This document shows positions 44,081-55,191 of a DNA stretch of 64,000 nt, piece after piece. Under the pieces are notes generated by a model, which saw only the letters and a program-made list of their open reading frames with translations, did not search any database and was not told the origin of the DNA. Numbering within the stretch: the first letter of the stretch is position 1; each line of letters opens with the position of its first letter. Origin of the DNA: Halorussus marinus. GTDB lineage: Archaea > Halobacteriota > Halobacteria > Halobacteriales > Haladaptataceae. Location: contig NZ_SBIV01000003.1 in assembly GCF_004765795.1 (NCBI RefSeq), forward strand, positions 186,001 to 250,000, given 5' to 3'. The position numbers were made by a program, and so were the translations under genes.

Positions 44081-44839
44081 TCAGACCGAACGGCGCTCGG
44101 TTTCGATGTGGTCGACGTACGCGTCGACCACGTTCCGGATGATCGTCTCACCGGCCTCGGGAGTCGCTTCGTTCGGATCGCCGAGCACGCCGTTGTCGGT
44201 GATCGATTTGAACCCCTCGCTCAGCAGACGGGCGGTCGTGATCTCCCCTTCCGGGCCGGACTCTATGTCCTCGACCCTGACGAGGTCCTCGTCGATCGCC
44301 AACACGACTGCCGTCTCCGCCGCGCCCGCGTGGATCACGTCCTGCTCGTACTCGACGCCCGCCTCGGTGAGGCCCTCGTTCAGCAACCGCATGTGCTCGT
44401 CGAGGTCCGCGAGCGGGATGACCGCGGCGTCGATCTCCCGAGCGATCTGCGGCGCGACGGTCTCGACCGGGCCGAAGTTCCCGCCGTGGGTCGGCACGAG
44501 GACGATATGTTCGAAGCCGTGTTCGTCCAGCGAGCGACAGTACGACCGGATCACGTCCATCAGCGTCTCGGGCGCCACCGTGATGGTCCCGGGAAACTCG
44601 ATGTGGTGGCCCGAACAGCCGGGCCGAATCGTGGGGGCCGCGAGGGCGTCTCCGAGCGTCGTTGCGATCCGTCGAGCGAGCTCGTCGCCGTCCAGCGTGT
44701 CCATGTTCAACGGCAGATGGGGTCCGTGCTGTTCGATCGACCCGACGGCAACGATCGCCGTTCGCGTCCCGCGTTCGAGGGCTGACTCGACTTCCGGCCA
44801 CGTCATCTCTTCGAGGCACACTGATCTGCGAGAAGCCAT
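44081..44839 (-). CDS. Creatininase / creatinine amidohydrolase family protein
   Basis: GSIEQHGPHLP..D, HGGN, HAGAAET, GVLGDP. Confidence 0.9.
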   Translation of the reverse strand: MASRRSVCLEEMTWPEVESALERGTRTAIVAVGSIEQHGPHLPLNMDTLDGDELARRIATTLGDALAAPTIRPGCSGHHIEFPGTITVAPETLMDVIRSYCRSLDEHGFEHIVLVPTHGGNFGPVETVAPQIAREIDAAVIPLADLDEHMRLLNEGLTEAGVEYEQDVIHAGAAETAVVLAIDEDLVRVEDIESGPEGEITTARLLSEGFKSITDNGVLGDPNEATPEAGETIIRNVVDAYVDHIETERRSV

Positions 44840-44931
44840 CAGCCGACAGTTCTATCAACCGTCGTGAAAGTCTTGTGGTGGAACGAATACGACGGTCGGC
44901 CGACCGCCGATCGCTCGTCTTCGCCGGGGCG

Positions 44932-45219
44932 CTACTCGATCTCTAACTGGCCGCTCTCGGCGCGCCCCGAATCGCCGTCCTCGTCCCATTCGAGTTCGAA
45001 CTCGACGCTCAGTTCCCCGGCGCCGCCCGCCGGCCCCTCTCGCTCGGCTTTGACCTCGAACGTCGGTCGGGCCGGCGGGTCCATCGTCACCGAGTCCGAG
45101 CCGGATTTGAGCGTGATCGCGTCCCCGCTTTCGAGCTTCTCGGCGACGCTGTGAAGGTACGACGCGATCTCGTCTCGGGTCCGGTCGCTCTCTGACTCGA
45201 ACAGGACTTCTTCTGGCAT
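44932..45219 (-). CDS. Amphi-Trp domain protein
   Basis: IASYLHSVAEKL...ELSVEFELEW. Confidence 0.85.
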   Translation of the reverse strand: MPEEVLFESESDRTRDEIASYLHSVAEKLESGDAITLKSGSDSVTMDPPARPTFEVKAEREGPAGGAGELSVEFELEWDEDGDSGRAESGQLEIE

Positions 45220-45394
45220 ACGGGTACATACGGTCGCCAGCCCCGATAAGTGTATCCGCTACGTACCGTTCGGCTGACGAATCAGGCGGCGTCGCCCCGT
45301 CGATCCCGCCGCGGCGACGGGGGCGAGGAGATCGAGGGCGACGCGGTAGCCCCGAAGGTCGGCGCGAGCCCGCCCGTTCGGGATCGGCTCCGGA

Positions 45395-46543
45395 TCACGC
45401 GACGTTCCGCTCGACGAGCGCCTCGCCGTCCTCGAAGCGACGGCTCGACAGCGGGTCGACGTCCACCAGCGACGCCGCACCGTCGACGCAGAGTTCGGCG
45501 ACGATCTGTCCGGTCGCCGGCGCGTGCTGGAAGCCGTGACCGGAGAACCCCGCCGCGGTGACGAGGCCGGGGCGGGTCTCCTCGACGATCGGGTGGTGGT
45601 CGGGCGTGACCGCGTACAGCCCGGCCCACCCGCGCCGGATGCGCGAGTCGCCGTCGAAGTACGTCGTCCAGTCGGCGGCGCGCTCGACAGCGGTCGCCGC
45701 CCAGTCGATGTCCAACGACTCCGAGTAGGCGTCCGGGTCCACGTCGGGGTCGGCCTCGTCGAACTGGCCGCCGACGAGCGCGGCGCCGTCGCGCTCGGGG
45801 CGGAAGTACGATCCCGTCTGGAGGTCGATGGTCAGCGGGACGTCCTCGGGAACCGATCGGGTGGGCTCGACCACCGCGATCTGGCGCCGGCGCGGGGCGA
45901 TCGGGAGGTCGACGCCGGCCAGTTCGGCGACCTCGCCCGCCCACGCGCCGGCCGCGTTGACGACGAACGTCCCGTCGATCCGCCCGTCGTCGGTGTCGAC
46001 GCCCGTCACCGCGTCGCCGTCGGTGCGGACGTCGGTGACCGCGGTCCCGGTCCGCACGTCGACGCCGGCCTCGCGGGCGGCCTCGGCGTACCCCTGGACC
46101 GCGAGGTTCGGGTCCGCGAACCCGTCGGCGCCGTTGTACGTCGCGGCGACGAACCGGTCGTCGATCAGTCCGGGACAGCGCTCGCGGGCCGTCGCCGGAT
46201 CGAGATACTCGGTGTCGACCCCGAGGTCGTTTTGCATCGCGACGTCCTCGCGGAACCGCTCTGCGGTCGCCTCCGTCCGGGCCACGAAGAGGTACCCCGA
46301 CTTCCGGTAGGCGATGTCGACGCCGAACCGCTCGGCGAAGTCGTCCCACACCGCCCGGCTCGCGACCGAGAGTTCGACGTTGACCCGGGTCGAGAACTGG
46401 CTCCTGATGCCGCCCGCCGATCGGGCTGTCGATCCCATCCCGAGCGACCCCTTCTCGAGGAGCGTCACGTCCGCGCCCGCCTGAGCGAGCGAGTACGCCG
46501 ACGACAGGCCGACGATCCCGCCTCCGACGACGACGGCGTCCAT
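45395..46543 (-). CDS. FAD-dependent oxidoreductase, sarcosine oxidase beta / DAO family
   Basis: VGGGIVG, STARSAGGIR, WAGLYAVTPD, GFSGHGF. Confidence 0.88.
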   Translation of the reverse strand: MDAVVVGGGIVGLSSAYSLAQAGADVTLLEKGSLGMGSTARSAGGIRSQFSTRVNVELSVASRAVWDDFAERFGVDIAYRKSGYLFVARTEATAERFREDVAMQNDLGVDTEYLDPATARERCPGLIDDRFVAATYNGADGFADPNLAVQGYAEAAREAGVDVRTGTAVTDVRTDGDAVTGVDTDDGRIDGTFVVNAAGAWAGEVAELAGVDLPIAPRRRQIAVVEPTRSVPEDVPLTIDLQTGSYFRPERDGAALVGGQFDEADPDVDPDAYSESLDIDWAATAVERAADWTTYFDGDSRIRRGWAGLYAVTPDHHPIVEETRPGLVTAAGFSGHGFQHAPATGQIVAELCVDGAASLVDVDPLSSRRFEDGEALVERNVA

Positions 46544-46643
46544 GTCGGCTACAACTGCCCGGCGGAGCGAAATAAGTCTACCGTCGCCGGGGTCGACGCG
46601 GCGTTTCGAACCCGTTTTGTCCGTGGCGCGTCTCGCGGCGAGT

Positions 46644-47324
46644 ATGAGCGTCCGCGAGGAGTTCGACGACTGGGCGGCCGAGGGCCGCGACAAGGGGATG
46701 GAAGACCGCCACTGGCACACCGCCAAGTACGCGCTGGCCCGGATGCCGGTCGAGGCCGGCGACGTCGTCCTCGATCTGGGCACGGGGAGCGGGTACGCCG
46801 CCCGCGCGCTCCGGGACACCAAAGGGGCGGGTCGGGCCTACGGGCTCGACGGCTCCCCGGAGATGGCGCACAACGCCGACGGGTACACCGACGACCGGCG
46901 GGTCGGGTTTCTGGTGGGGGACTTCGACCACTTGCCGTTCGCCGACGACAGCGTCGACCACGTCTTCTCGATGGAGGCGTTCTACTACGCCAACGACCCC
47001 CGCGAGACCCTCGCGGAGATACGGCGCGTGCTCGCCCCCGGTGGCACCTTCTTCTGTGCGGTGAACTACTACGAGGAGAACGTCCACTCTCACGGCTGGC
47101 AGGACAACATCGACGTCGAGATGACCCGCTGGAGCGCCCGGGAGTACCGCGAGGCGTTCCGCGACGCCGGTCTGCACGTCGCCGAGCAGGACAACGTCCC
47201 GGACCGCGAGATCGAGATCCCCGACGCGAGCGCGTTCCCGACCGACGACTGGGACAGCCGAGCCGCGATGGTCGAGCGCTACCGGGAGCTGGGCACGCTA
47301 CTCACTGTCGGCGTCGCGCCCTGA
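46644..47324 (+). CDS. Class I SAM-dependent methyltransferase
   Basis: VLDLGTGSG, LPFADDSVD, RVLAPGG. Confidence 0.9.
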   Translation: MSVREEFDDWAAEGRDKGMEDRHWHTAKYALARMPVEAGDVVLDLGTGSGYAARALRDTKGAGRAYGLDGSPEMAHNADGYTDDRRVGFLVGDFDHLPFADDSVDHVFSMEAFYYANDPRETLAEIRRVLAPGGTFFCAVNYYEENVHSHGWQDNIDVEMTRWSAREYREAFRDAGLHVAEQDNVPDREIEIPDASAFPTDDWDSRAAMVERYRELGTLLTVGVAP

Positions 47325-47373
47325 CCGCCGGTCGGTCCGGTTCCCGCGTCAGTCGCCGGGCCCCGACGCCCGA

Positions 47374-47928
47374 TCAGTCGTCGCGCTCGCCCGCCCGGAC
47401 CTCGGTTTCGAGCCAGTTCTCCTCGGGCGCGAGCGGGCAGGCGAACGTCTCGCTGTAGGCGCAAAACGGCGAGTACGCGAGGTTGAAATCGACCGTGATC
47501 TCCGAGCCGTCCTGCAAGTCGCCTTCGGTCTCGAACTCCATGTACCGGCCGCCCTGGTAGGTCTGTTGGCCCGTGGTCTTGTCCCGAAACGGGACGAAAA
47601 GCCCCTCCTGCTGGTCGCGGGTGTACGCCGCGAGCTCGTGGTCCTCGCCGCCCAACTCGAACCGGAGGGTCGCCACCCGGAGATACCGCTGGGGCGCGCC
47701 CGCGCTCACGTCCATCTCGACCGGGTCGGGCTCGTCGTGGGTCTCGACGGTCGCGGTCACCCGGTAGTCGGGGTCGGGCGCGAAGTACTCGAGGCCCTCG
47801 AAGCCCTCGCGCTCCTCGGGCGGGATCGGCGACTGGGGGTGGTCGCCGAAGAAGTCGTCTTTCTCCGCGCGGTGGGACTCCAGTTCCTCGCGCCACTGGT
47901 CGGCGTCGAAGTTCGGGGCGTCGCTCAT
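47374..47928 (-). CDS. DUF1684 family protein
   Basis: FVPFRDKT..TYQGGRY, DFNLAYSPFCAY..CP. Confidence 0.9.
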   Translation of the reverse strand: MSDAPNFDADQWREELESHRAEKDDFFGDHPQSPIPPEEREGFEGLEYFAPDPDYRVTATVETHDEPDPVEMDVSAGAPQRYLRVATLRFELGGEDHELAAYTRDQQEGLFVPFRDKTTGQQTYQGGRYMEFETEGDLQDGSEITVDFNLAYSPFCAYSETFACPLAPEENWLETEVRAGERDD

Positions 47929-48006
47929 GGACGACGGTAGTCGGTCGCGCCGGGTAACGGTTTGCATCGGCGCGTCGGGTCGGCCCCGATCGGACCGCGA
48001 GCCCGG

Positions 48007-48456
48007 CTACTCGTCGGCGTCGGTCTTCACGACGATCGCGGGCCGGGTCGTCAGCCTGAGCACGCGGTCGGTGATGCTCCCGAGGAGCGCCCGGTACTCG
48101 GCGGGCCGGCGCTTCGTCCCGAGCACGACGGCGTCCGCGTCGTTGGCGTCGCCGTACTCGATGATGGTCTCGACCGGGTCCCCGTGTTCGAGCGCGTCGA
48201 CGACCTCGACGTCCGCGCGGTCGGCCTCGGCCCGGATTCGGTCGAGGGTCTCGCGCCCGCGCTCTTCGAGGCCGTGCTCCGGGCCCTCGGAGCCGTCGAC
48301 GTACTCGTCGCCGCTGTACGCCGTGTACACGCTGTCGTCGACGACGTAGAGCGCGTGGAGGACGGCGTCGTGGGCGGCCGCGAGGTCGATCGCGTGGGAC
48401 TCGGCGTTCTCGGACGCGACGGTGCCGTCGGTCGCGAGCAGGATCGTCTCGTACAT
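48007..48456 (-). CDS. Universal stress protein
   Basis: YETILLATDG, GDP, LLGSITDRVLR. Confidence 0.92.
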   Translation of the reverse strand: MYETILLATDGTVASENAESHAIDLAAAHDAVLHALYVVDDSVYTAYSGDEYVDGSEGPEHGLEERGRETLDRIRAEADRADVEVVDALEHGDPVETIIEYGDANDADAVVLGTKRRPAEYRALLGSITDRVLRLTTRPAIVVKTDADE

Positions 48457-48597
48457 ACGAGCGATAGTTCGTCCGACCGCCAGATAAGGGCTGTCCGCGA
48501 TTCTCACCTTCTGGGACGGCCCGCCGGCCGCCCCGCCGAGGGGCCCGTCGGGGTGCCATCCAAACGTTCAAACCCGACGCCGACCAACCCCGGTCCA

Positions 48598-50949
48598 GTG
48601 ACCGCCTCCGATTCGTGGCGCGACGTCTTCGGCCACGACGAGCCGTACGACGAGCAAGTCGACGGTATCGAGACCGCCATCGAGACCGGCCGGGACGGCG
48701 GGTTCGCCGTCGTCGAGGGCGCCTGTGGCACCGGCAAGACGATGCTGGCGCTGACCGCCGGGATCGAGCTGGTCCGGGACCCCGACAGCGACTACGACCG
48801 GGTGCTCGTGTTGACCAGCGTCAAGCAACAGCTCCGGCAGTTCGAGGACGACCTCCGGACGATCAACGCGAACCTCCCCGACGGCTACGATCCCGTGACG
48901 GCGCTCACGCTCGTCGGGAAGGCCGACGTCTGCCCGTACAACCGCGAGAACGCGGGCGGGATCGACGACACAAACGTCTACGAGCGCTGTGAGTCTCTCC
49001 GGGAGGACACCCGCGCGATCACCGGCGAGGCCGGCTCGACGACCGCCCGGAACCTCGTCTCGCGCGCCCGAAGCCAGCAGACCGGGCTGGCTGACTCGGG
49101 GGTCTCGGGCGGGGGCGCGACGTACCTCGAAACCGGCGGCGAACCGACGCCGTACCCCCCGGAGATGCCCGAGTACGACGACGTGGAGTACTGTCCGTTC
49201 TACGCCCAGTTCCTCGACGATCTGCCCGACGACGGCGAGCCGGTCGAGGCCGTCCCGTTCGACTTCGACGCGATGGGGCTGATCGACCCCGAGGAGCTGG
49301 TCTCGCTGTCGGTCCAGCACGGCACCTGCCCTCACTCGATGATGGGCGCGGTGCTGGGCCACGCCGAAGTGGTCGTCGGTAACTACTACCACGCGTTCGA
49401 TCCCGTCACCACTGGGGGGTTCACGGGCGCGTTACTCGACGACGCCACGTTCGTGGTCTGCGACGAGGCCCACATGCTCGAACCCCGGGTCCGGGACCTC
49501 GTGAGCGACGCGGTCGGCGACGCGACCCTGCGGGACGCCGAGTCGGAGCTCGGCCGCGTGATCCAGCCCGTACAGTTCGAGGGTCGAGAGAGCCACACCA
49601 CCGCCGACGCAGACCTCGTCCGGGCCGAACTCGAGGACGCCGACGTCTCGCTCTCCGAACTGGAGCGGACCCGAGAGTTCCTCCGGGACCTCCGGGAGGA
49701 ACTGGACCGGCGGGTCACCGCCCACCTCGAACGCGAGCACCGCGGCTGGAAGTCGCGGCTCGCCGACCTCCCCGACGACGAGATCCCGCTCCGGGATCCG
49801 ACCGAGCCGAGCCCCGACGAGATCACCGAGTGGGCCGAGAAAGCGGGGTACCACGACGGCGTCTGGGCGCGCGCCGAGGCCGTCGGGGGCGTCGCCGCCC
49901 GCATCCTGAACGAGGCAGAAGACGACGAGAAAGAGCGCGCCGCCCCGGCCGCCGGGCGCGTGCTCGGCGAGTGGTACCGCAACGACCACGAGCGGTACTT
50001 CCGGGAGATCGAGCTCGAACGGACGTGGAACGACACCGAGCCCGAGTCGTCGTGGCGCCGGGCGTACAACGCCCGGCTCGCGATGCAAAACTGCGTGCCA
50101 AGCGACGCCATCGGCGAGCGCCTCGCGGAGTTCGGCGGCGGCGTGCTGATGAGCGCGACCCTCGAACCCCTCGACGTGTTCGAGGAAGTGACCGGGCTGA
50201 ACCACCTCGAACGCGAGGACGATCGCCCGATCGTCGAGCGAACCTACGGCCTGAACTTCCCGCCGGAGAACCGCGAGAGCTTCGCGGTCGACGCCCCGAA
50301 GTTCACCTACGACAACCGCGGGGCGCCCGGCGAGGAGACCACCGCAAGACGGGCGTACGCCGACGCGCTCCGGGACGTGGCGGCCGGGACCGCGGGCAAC
50401 GTCCTCGTGGGCATGCCCAACTACGCCGAGGCCGAGTGGGCCGCCGACGCGCTCCGGGCGAACCCCCGCGTCGAGAAGGCGGTCCTGCTCGACGAGAGTA
50501 GCGACGACGACACGACCGAGGACCTCAAGGCCGAGTTCTTCGGCGGCGAGCCGAAGGTGCTGGTGACGAGCCTCCGGGGGACCCTCACCGAGGGCGTCGA
50601 CTACCAGGGCGATCGGCTCCGGGCCGCGGTGGTGTGTGGCGTCCCGATCATCAACACCGCGAGCCCCCGGACGAAGGCGGTCCGGACCGCGTACAACCGG
50701 GCGTTCGGCGACGGCTTCGAGTACGCGCTCACCGTCCCCGCCGCCCGGAAGGCCCGGCAGGCGCTCGGGCGGGTGATCCGCGGCCCGGAGGAGGTCGGCG
50801 TCCGCGTGCTCGTCGACTCGCGGTACGCCCGCGACTCGTGGGACAGCGTCCGCAAGTACCTCCCCGAGACCGAGCGCGAGGAGTTCCAGCCGGTGAGTCC
50901 CGACATGCTGTCGCTCGGGATCGAGCGGTTCTGGGACGGGCGGGCCTGA
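48598..50949 (+). CDS. XPD/Rad3/DinG-family Fe-S DNA helicase
   Basis: GACGTGKT, four Fe-S Cys, DEAH, SAT, QALGRVIR; GTG start 48598. Confidence 0.92.
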   Translation: MTASDSWRDVFGHDEPYDEQVDGIETAIETGRDGGFAVVEGACGTGKTMLALTAGIELVRDPDSDYDRVLVLTSVKQQLRQFEDDLRTINANLPDGYDPVTALTLVGKADVCPYNRENAGGIDDTNVYERCESLREDTRAITGEAGSTTARNLVSRARSQQTGLADSGVSGGGATYLETGGEPTPYPPEMPEYDDVEYCPFYAQFLDDLPDDGEPVEAVPFDFDAMGLIDPEELVSLSVQHGTCPHSMMGAVLGHAEVVVGNYYHAFDPVTTGGFTGALLDDATFVVCDEAHMLEPRVRDLVSDAVGDATLRDAESELGRVIQPVQFEGRESHTTADADLVRAELEDADVSLSELERTREFLRDLREELDRRVTAHLEREHRGWKSRLADLPDDEIPLRDPTEPSPDEITEWAEKAGYHDGVWARAEAVGGVAARILNEAEDDEKERAAPAAGRVLGEWYRNDHERYFREIELERTWNDTEPESSWRRAYNARLAMQNCVPSDAIGERLAEFGGGVLMSATLEPLDVFEEVTGLNHLEREDDRPIVERTYGLNFPPENRESFAVDAPKFTYDNRGAPGEETTARRAYADALRDVAAGTAGNVLVGMPNYAEAEWAADALRANPRVEKAVLLDESSDDDTTEDLKAEFFGGEPKVLVTSLRGTLTEGVDYQGDRLRAAVVCGVPIINTASPRTKAVRTAYNRAFGDGFEYALTVPAARKARQALGRVIRGPEEVGVRVLVDSRYARDSWDSVRKYLPETEREEFQPVSPDMLSLGIERFWDGRA

Positions 50950-50967
50950 CCGACCGCCCGGCGACCG

Positions 50968-52022
<1,055 letters not shown>

Positions 52023-52026
<4 letters not shown>

Positions 52027-52143
52027 GCCTCCCACCTCCGGCGTCTGTCGGCGGTCGAACCCGCGTTCGACCGCCGACGAACGCCTCCCACGTCCGGAGG
52101 CCTTCGGACCTCGCGTCGCGAGCCCCTCACGCCTCCCACCTCC
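52023..52143. repeat. 17-bp direct repeats flanking a hairpin-rich 104-bp intercistronic insert
   Basis: tcacgcctcccacctcc at 52023-52039 and 52127-52143; partial copy at 52081-52095; 14-bp perfect stem 52047-52060/52065-52078. Confidence 0.9.
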
Positions 52144-53920
52144 CGCCGAGTCGGTCGATGACCACGAAGCTCAGGCTGGTCACCGCAAGCAACACCGTCC
52201 CCATCGCGGTGGCGGGCCCGAGCGTCCGGTTGCCGATGTAGCGCTCGACGGCGACTGGCATCGTGTAGCTGGAGCTTCCGGTGGCCAAAATCACCGTCGA
52301 ATCGAACTCGCCGATGGAGATGGCGAACGCGAACGCCGCGCCCGCCGCGACGCCCGAGGCCACCAGCGGCAGTTCGACGTCGATCAGCGCCCGGACTCGG
52401 CTGGCGCCGAGCGCGCGCGCCGACTCGACCATAGAGCGGTCGAGGCCGCCGAGAAGCGGCGAGACGTTCCGGACCACGAACGGGTAGGCCGCGACCGCGT
52501 GGGCCGCGACGATGGCGGTCGGGCCGGCGATCTGGAGCCGGTGGCCCCACACCTCGACGCCGAACACCAGCCCGCGGAGCATCCCGAGCCCGACGACCAC
52601 GCCGCTGACCGCGAGCGGCGCCATCGCGGCGGCGTCGGCGAGCCGTTCGGCCCGGCCGCTCCGGGTCGTCAGCACCGAGACGGTCACGCCCATCGGGAGC
52701 GCGACCGCGAGCGCGGCCGCCCCGAACAGCAGGGAGTTGCGCACCGCGACCCCGGGTTTCGTCTGGAACGACGCGCCGGTGGCCTGCCGTTCGAGCAGGA
52801 ACTGGTAGTACTGGAGGGTGAACCCCTGGGGCCCGGTGAGGCTCTCGGCGACCATGCTGGCGAGCGGGCCGAGGAACACGACCGCGACGACGCCCGCGTA
52901 GGCGGCTACGCCGACGCGCTCGGCGAGCGCTCCCGCCGAGGGGGTTTCGGGAACGAGTCGCTTTCGGGCCGGCGGGTTCGCGGCCCGGCTCCCGCCCGAC
53001 TGGCTCGACTCGTACCGGAGGTAGGCGTAGGTCAGCGCGAGCGAGAGGACGGTCTCGACGACCGCGAGCGTCGCGGCCTCGGCGTAGTCGAGTTGCTGGA
53101 CCAGCGAGTACACCCACACCTCCACCGTCGCGAGCTGGAACCCACCGAGCGCGAGCACGATGGGAAACGACATGAACGTGAAGACGAACGTGAGTAAGGC
53201 GCCGGTCAGCACCGCGGGCAACAACTGCGGGACGAGCACGTCGAGGAACGCCCGGCGCGGACTCGCCCCGAGCGACCGGGCGGTCTCGACGGTCCGGGCG
53301 TCGACGCTCTCCCACGCGGCGGTCGTCACGCGGGCCACGAGCGGCGCGTTGTAGAAGGCGTGGGCGACCACGATGGCTTCGAGGGTAAAGAGGAGGTTCA
53401 CCCGCCCCAGTCCGAACCGGGCGAGCAGGTCGTTGAGCGGCCCCGCCGACCCGAAGAAGGCGACGAAGCCGATGGCGACCATGATCGAGGGCAGGACGAA
53501 CGGGAGGATGGTGAGCGACCGCACCGTCCGGCGACCCGGGAACTCGTAGCGGGCGAGGACGTACGCGCCGGGGAGCCCGAGCGCGACGCTGGCGAGCGTC
53601 GAGAGGGCGGCCTGGTACGCGGTGAACCCGAACCGCCCGAGGGGCGTGTCGGCCGCGACCGCCCCGACCGAACCGAAGTCGCCGGCGAACACCGCCGCGA
53701 GCGGGCCGAAGTAGAAGGGGTCTTCGAGCACCTCACGGACGACGTCGAGGCTCCAGGCGTCGCCGATCCGGACGGCGTCGGCGAACACGGTCAGGACCGG
53801 GTAGTAAAACACCACGAGCAGGACCGCCGCAGTCGCGACGCCGAGCGCCCCCAGCGCGTGGCGCTCGGCCGTCGACGCGCGGCGTCCGAGCCAGCCCCCG
53901 ACCCCGTCGCGTCGGCTCAC
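52127..53920 (-). CDS. thiP: Thiamine ABC transporter permease
   Basis: Two-domain permease with two EAA loops (ETARSLGA, ESARALGA); AHAFYNAPL. Confidence 0.88.
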   Translation of the reverse strand: MSRRDGVGGWLGRRASTAERHALGALGVATAAVLLVVFYYPVLTVFADAVRIGDAWSLDVVREVLEDPFYFGPLAAVFAGDFGSVGAVAADTPLGRFGFTAYQAALSTLASVALGLPGAYVLARYEFPGRRTVRSLTILPFVLPSIMVAIGFVAFFGSAGPLNDLLARFGLGRVNLLFTLEAIVVAHAFYNAPLVARVTTAAWESVDARTVETARSLGASPRRAFLDVLVPQLLPAVLTGALLTFVFTFMSFPIVLALGGFQLATVEVWVYSLVQQLDYAEAATLAVVETVLSLALTYAYLRYESSQSGGSRAANPPARKRLVPETPSAGALAERVGVAAYAGVVAVVFLGPLASMVAESLTGPQGFTLQYYQFLLERQATGASFQTKPGVAVRNSLLFGAAALAVALPMGVTVSVLTTRSGRAERLADAAAMAPLAVSGVVVGLGMLRGLVFGVEVWGHRLQIAGPTAIVAAHAVAAYPFVVRNVSPLLGGLDRSMVESARALGASRVRALIDVELPLVASGVAAGAAFAFAISIGEFDSTVILATGSSSYTMPVAVERYIGNRTLGPATAMGTVLLAVTSLSFVVIDRLGGRWEA

Positions 53921-53926
53921 GTCGGG

Positions 53927-55093
53927 TCAGTTGCTCGCGATCTGGCGCGCCCAGTCGTCGACCCACTCGTCGAGGTTGCCCGCCAGCTCCTCGTAGGTGA
54001 ACGTGACCGGCTCGTCGGGGATCTTGGCGTACTCGGCGAACTCCTCGGGGAGTTCGGCCCAGTCGGTCGCGGGGAACTGGACGTTCCGGACCGCGATCTC
54101 GCCCTGTGCCTCCGCCGACAGCACGAAGTCCATGAACGCGTCGGCGAGCTCGGGCACGTCGGTGTCGGCGAACTTCGCCATCCCCTCGGGGTTGGCGTAC
54201 CCCTGGTCGTCGAGGAACGAGACCTGGTGTTTCTCCAGATCCTGATCGTAGCGGTTGGCGTACACCTGATCGGTCGAGTACGAGACCACCATCGGCGCCT
54301 CGCCCTCCTCCCACGCGGTGTAGGCGTCGTCCCACGACCCGAGGATCGTGACGTCGTTGTCCACCAGCTGTTTCCAGTAGTCGAGATACTCGTCCTCGCC
54401 GCGGTTGTGGACCGTCCACAGCAAGAACGCCCGACCGGTCGCGGCCGACTGGGCGTTCTGGACGATGAGATCGCCCGCGTACTCGTCGGTCGTGAGCGCG
54501 TCGAACGTCTCGGGGTCGTCGGTCTCGGTGCCGTCGTAGACGAGGCTGATGTAGCCGGTGTCGTAGGGGATCGCGCGCTGTTGGGGGTCGAACTTCAGAT
54601 CGTCGTCGACGTGGCCGTAGTTGTCGAGGGCGTCGGCGCTCGACGCGAACAGCGATCGGTCGCCGAGCTTCTCGTCGATCCGGATGAGATGGTCGACGTT
54701 CGCCCCCACGTACACGTCGGCGTCGATGTCGACGCCCTGTGTCCGACGCTGGATGTAGTAGTTCATCTCGTTGTCGGGGGTCGCCCACTCGATCGTCACG
54801 TCGGGGTGGCGCTCCTCGAACGTCTCCTTGAGCCACGGCCCGGGCGAGGAGCTGGGGGCATCGACGAACGAGCTGTAGGTCGCGACCGTCAGCGTTCCGC
54901 TCAGCCCGTCGTCGCTCTCGGTGGTGGTCTCCTCGGTCGTCTCGGTCGTCTCGGTCGTCTCCGTGGCCTCGGTCGTCGTCTCGGTGGTGGTCTCTTCGGT
55001 CGTGGTCGTCGCCTGCTCGCCGGTTCCGGTACAGCCCGCGAGGCCGATCAGCGACCCCGCCGCGCCGCTTTTGAGGAACGTGCGTCGTTTCAT
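53927..55093 (-). CDS. thiB: Thiamine ABC substrate-binding Tat lipoprotein
   Basis: KRRTFLK, LAGC, Thr/Glu linker, LTVATYSSF, PYDTGY, MVVSYSTD, NVQFP. Confidence 0.88.
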   Translation of the reverse strand: MKRRTFLKSGAAGSLIGLAGCTGTGEQATTTTEETTTETTTEATETTETTETTEETTTESDDGLSGTLTVATYSSFVDAPSSSPGPWLKETFEERHPDVTIEWATPDNEMNYYIQRRTQGVDIDADVYVGANVDHLIRIDEKLGDRSLFASSADALDNYGHVDDDLKFDPQQRAIPYDTGYISLVYDGTETDDPETFDALTTDEYAGDLIVQNAQSAATGRAFLLWTVHNRGEDEYLDYWKQLVDNDVTILGSWDDAYTAWEEGEAPMVVSYSTDQVYANRYDQDLEKHQVSFLDDQGYANPEGMAKFADTDVPELADAFMDFVLSAEAQGEIAVRNVQFPATDWAELPEEFAEYAKIPDEPVTFTYEELAGNLDEWVDDWARQIASN

Positions 55094-55191
55094 TACCCGG
55101 TGATTGCACACAGTGATACTTAGGTGGCGCGGTCCTCGGCTCTCGCGTCCCCCGCCGAACGTATTTGTCCCCGCGCCGTCACGTATCGGGT

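Noticed and set aside
44081..44839. Mycofactocin MftE / RiPP cluster
   Set aside because: No precursor peptide, radical SAM or MftB gene nearby
45288..45345. GC-rich intergenic hairpins (also 40473-40504)
   Set aside because: Single-copy, no U-tract, and common by chance at this GC content
54921..55010. 9-bp tandem repeats in thiB
   Set aside because: Ordinary Thr/Glu linker of haloarchaeal lipoproteins
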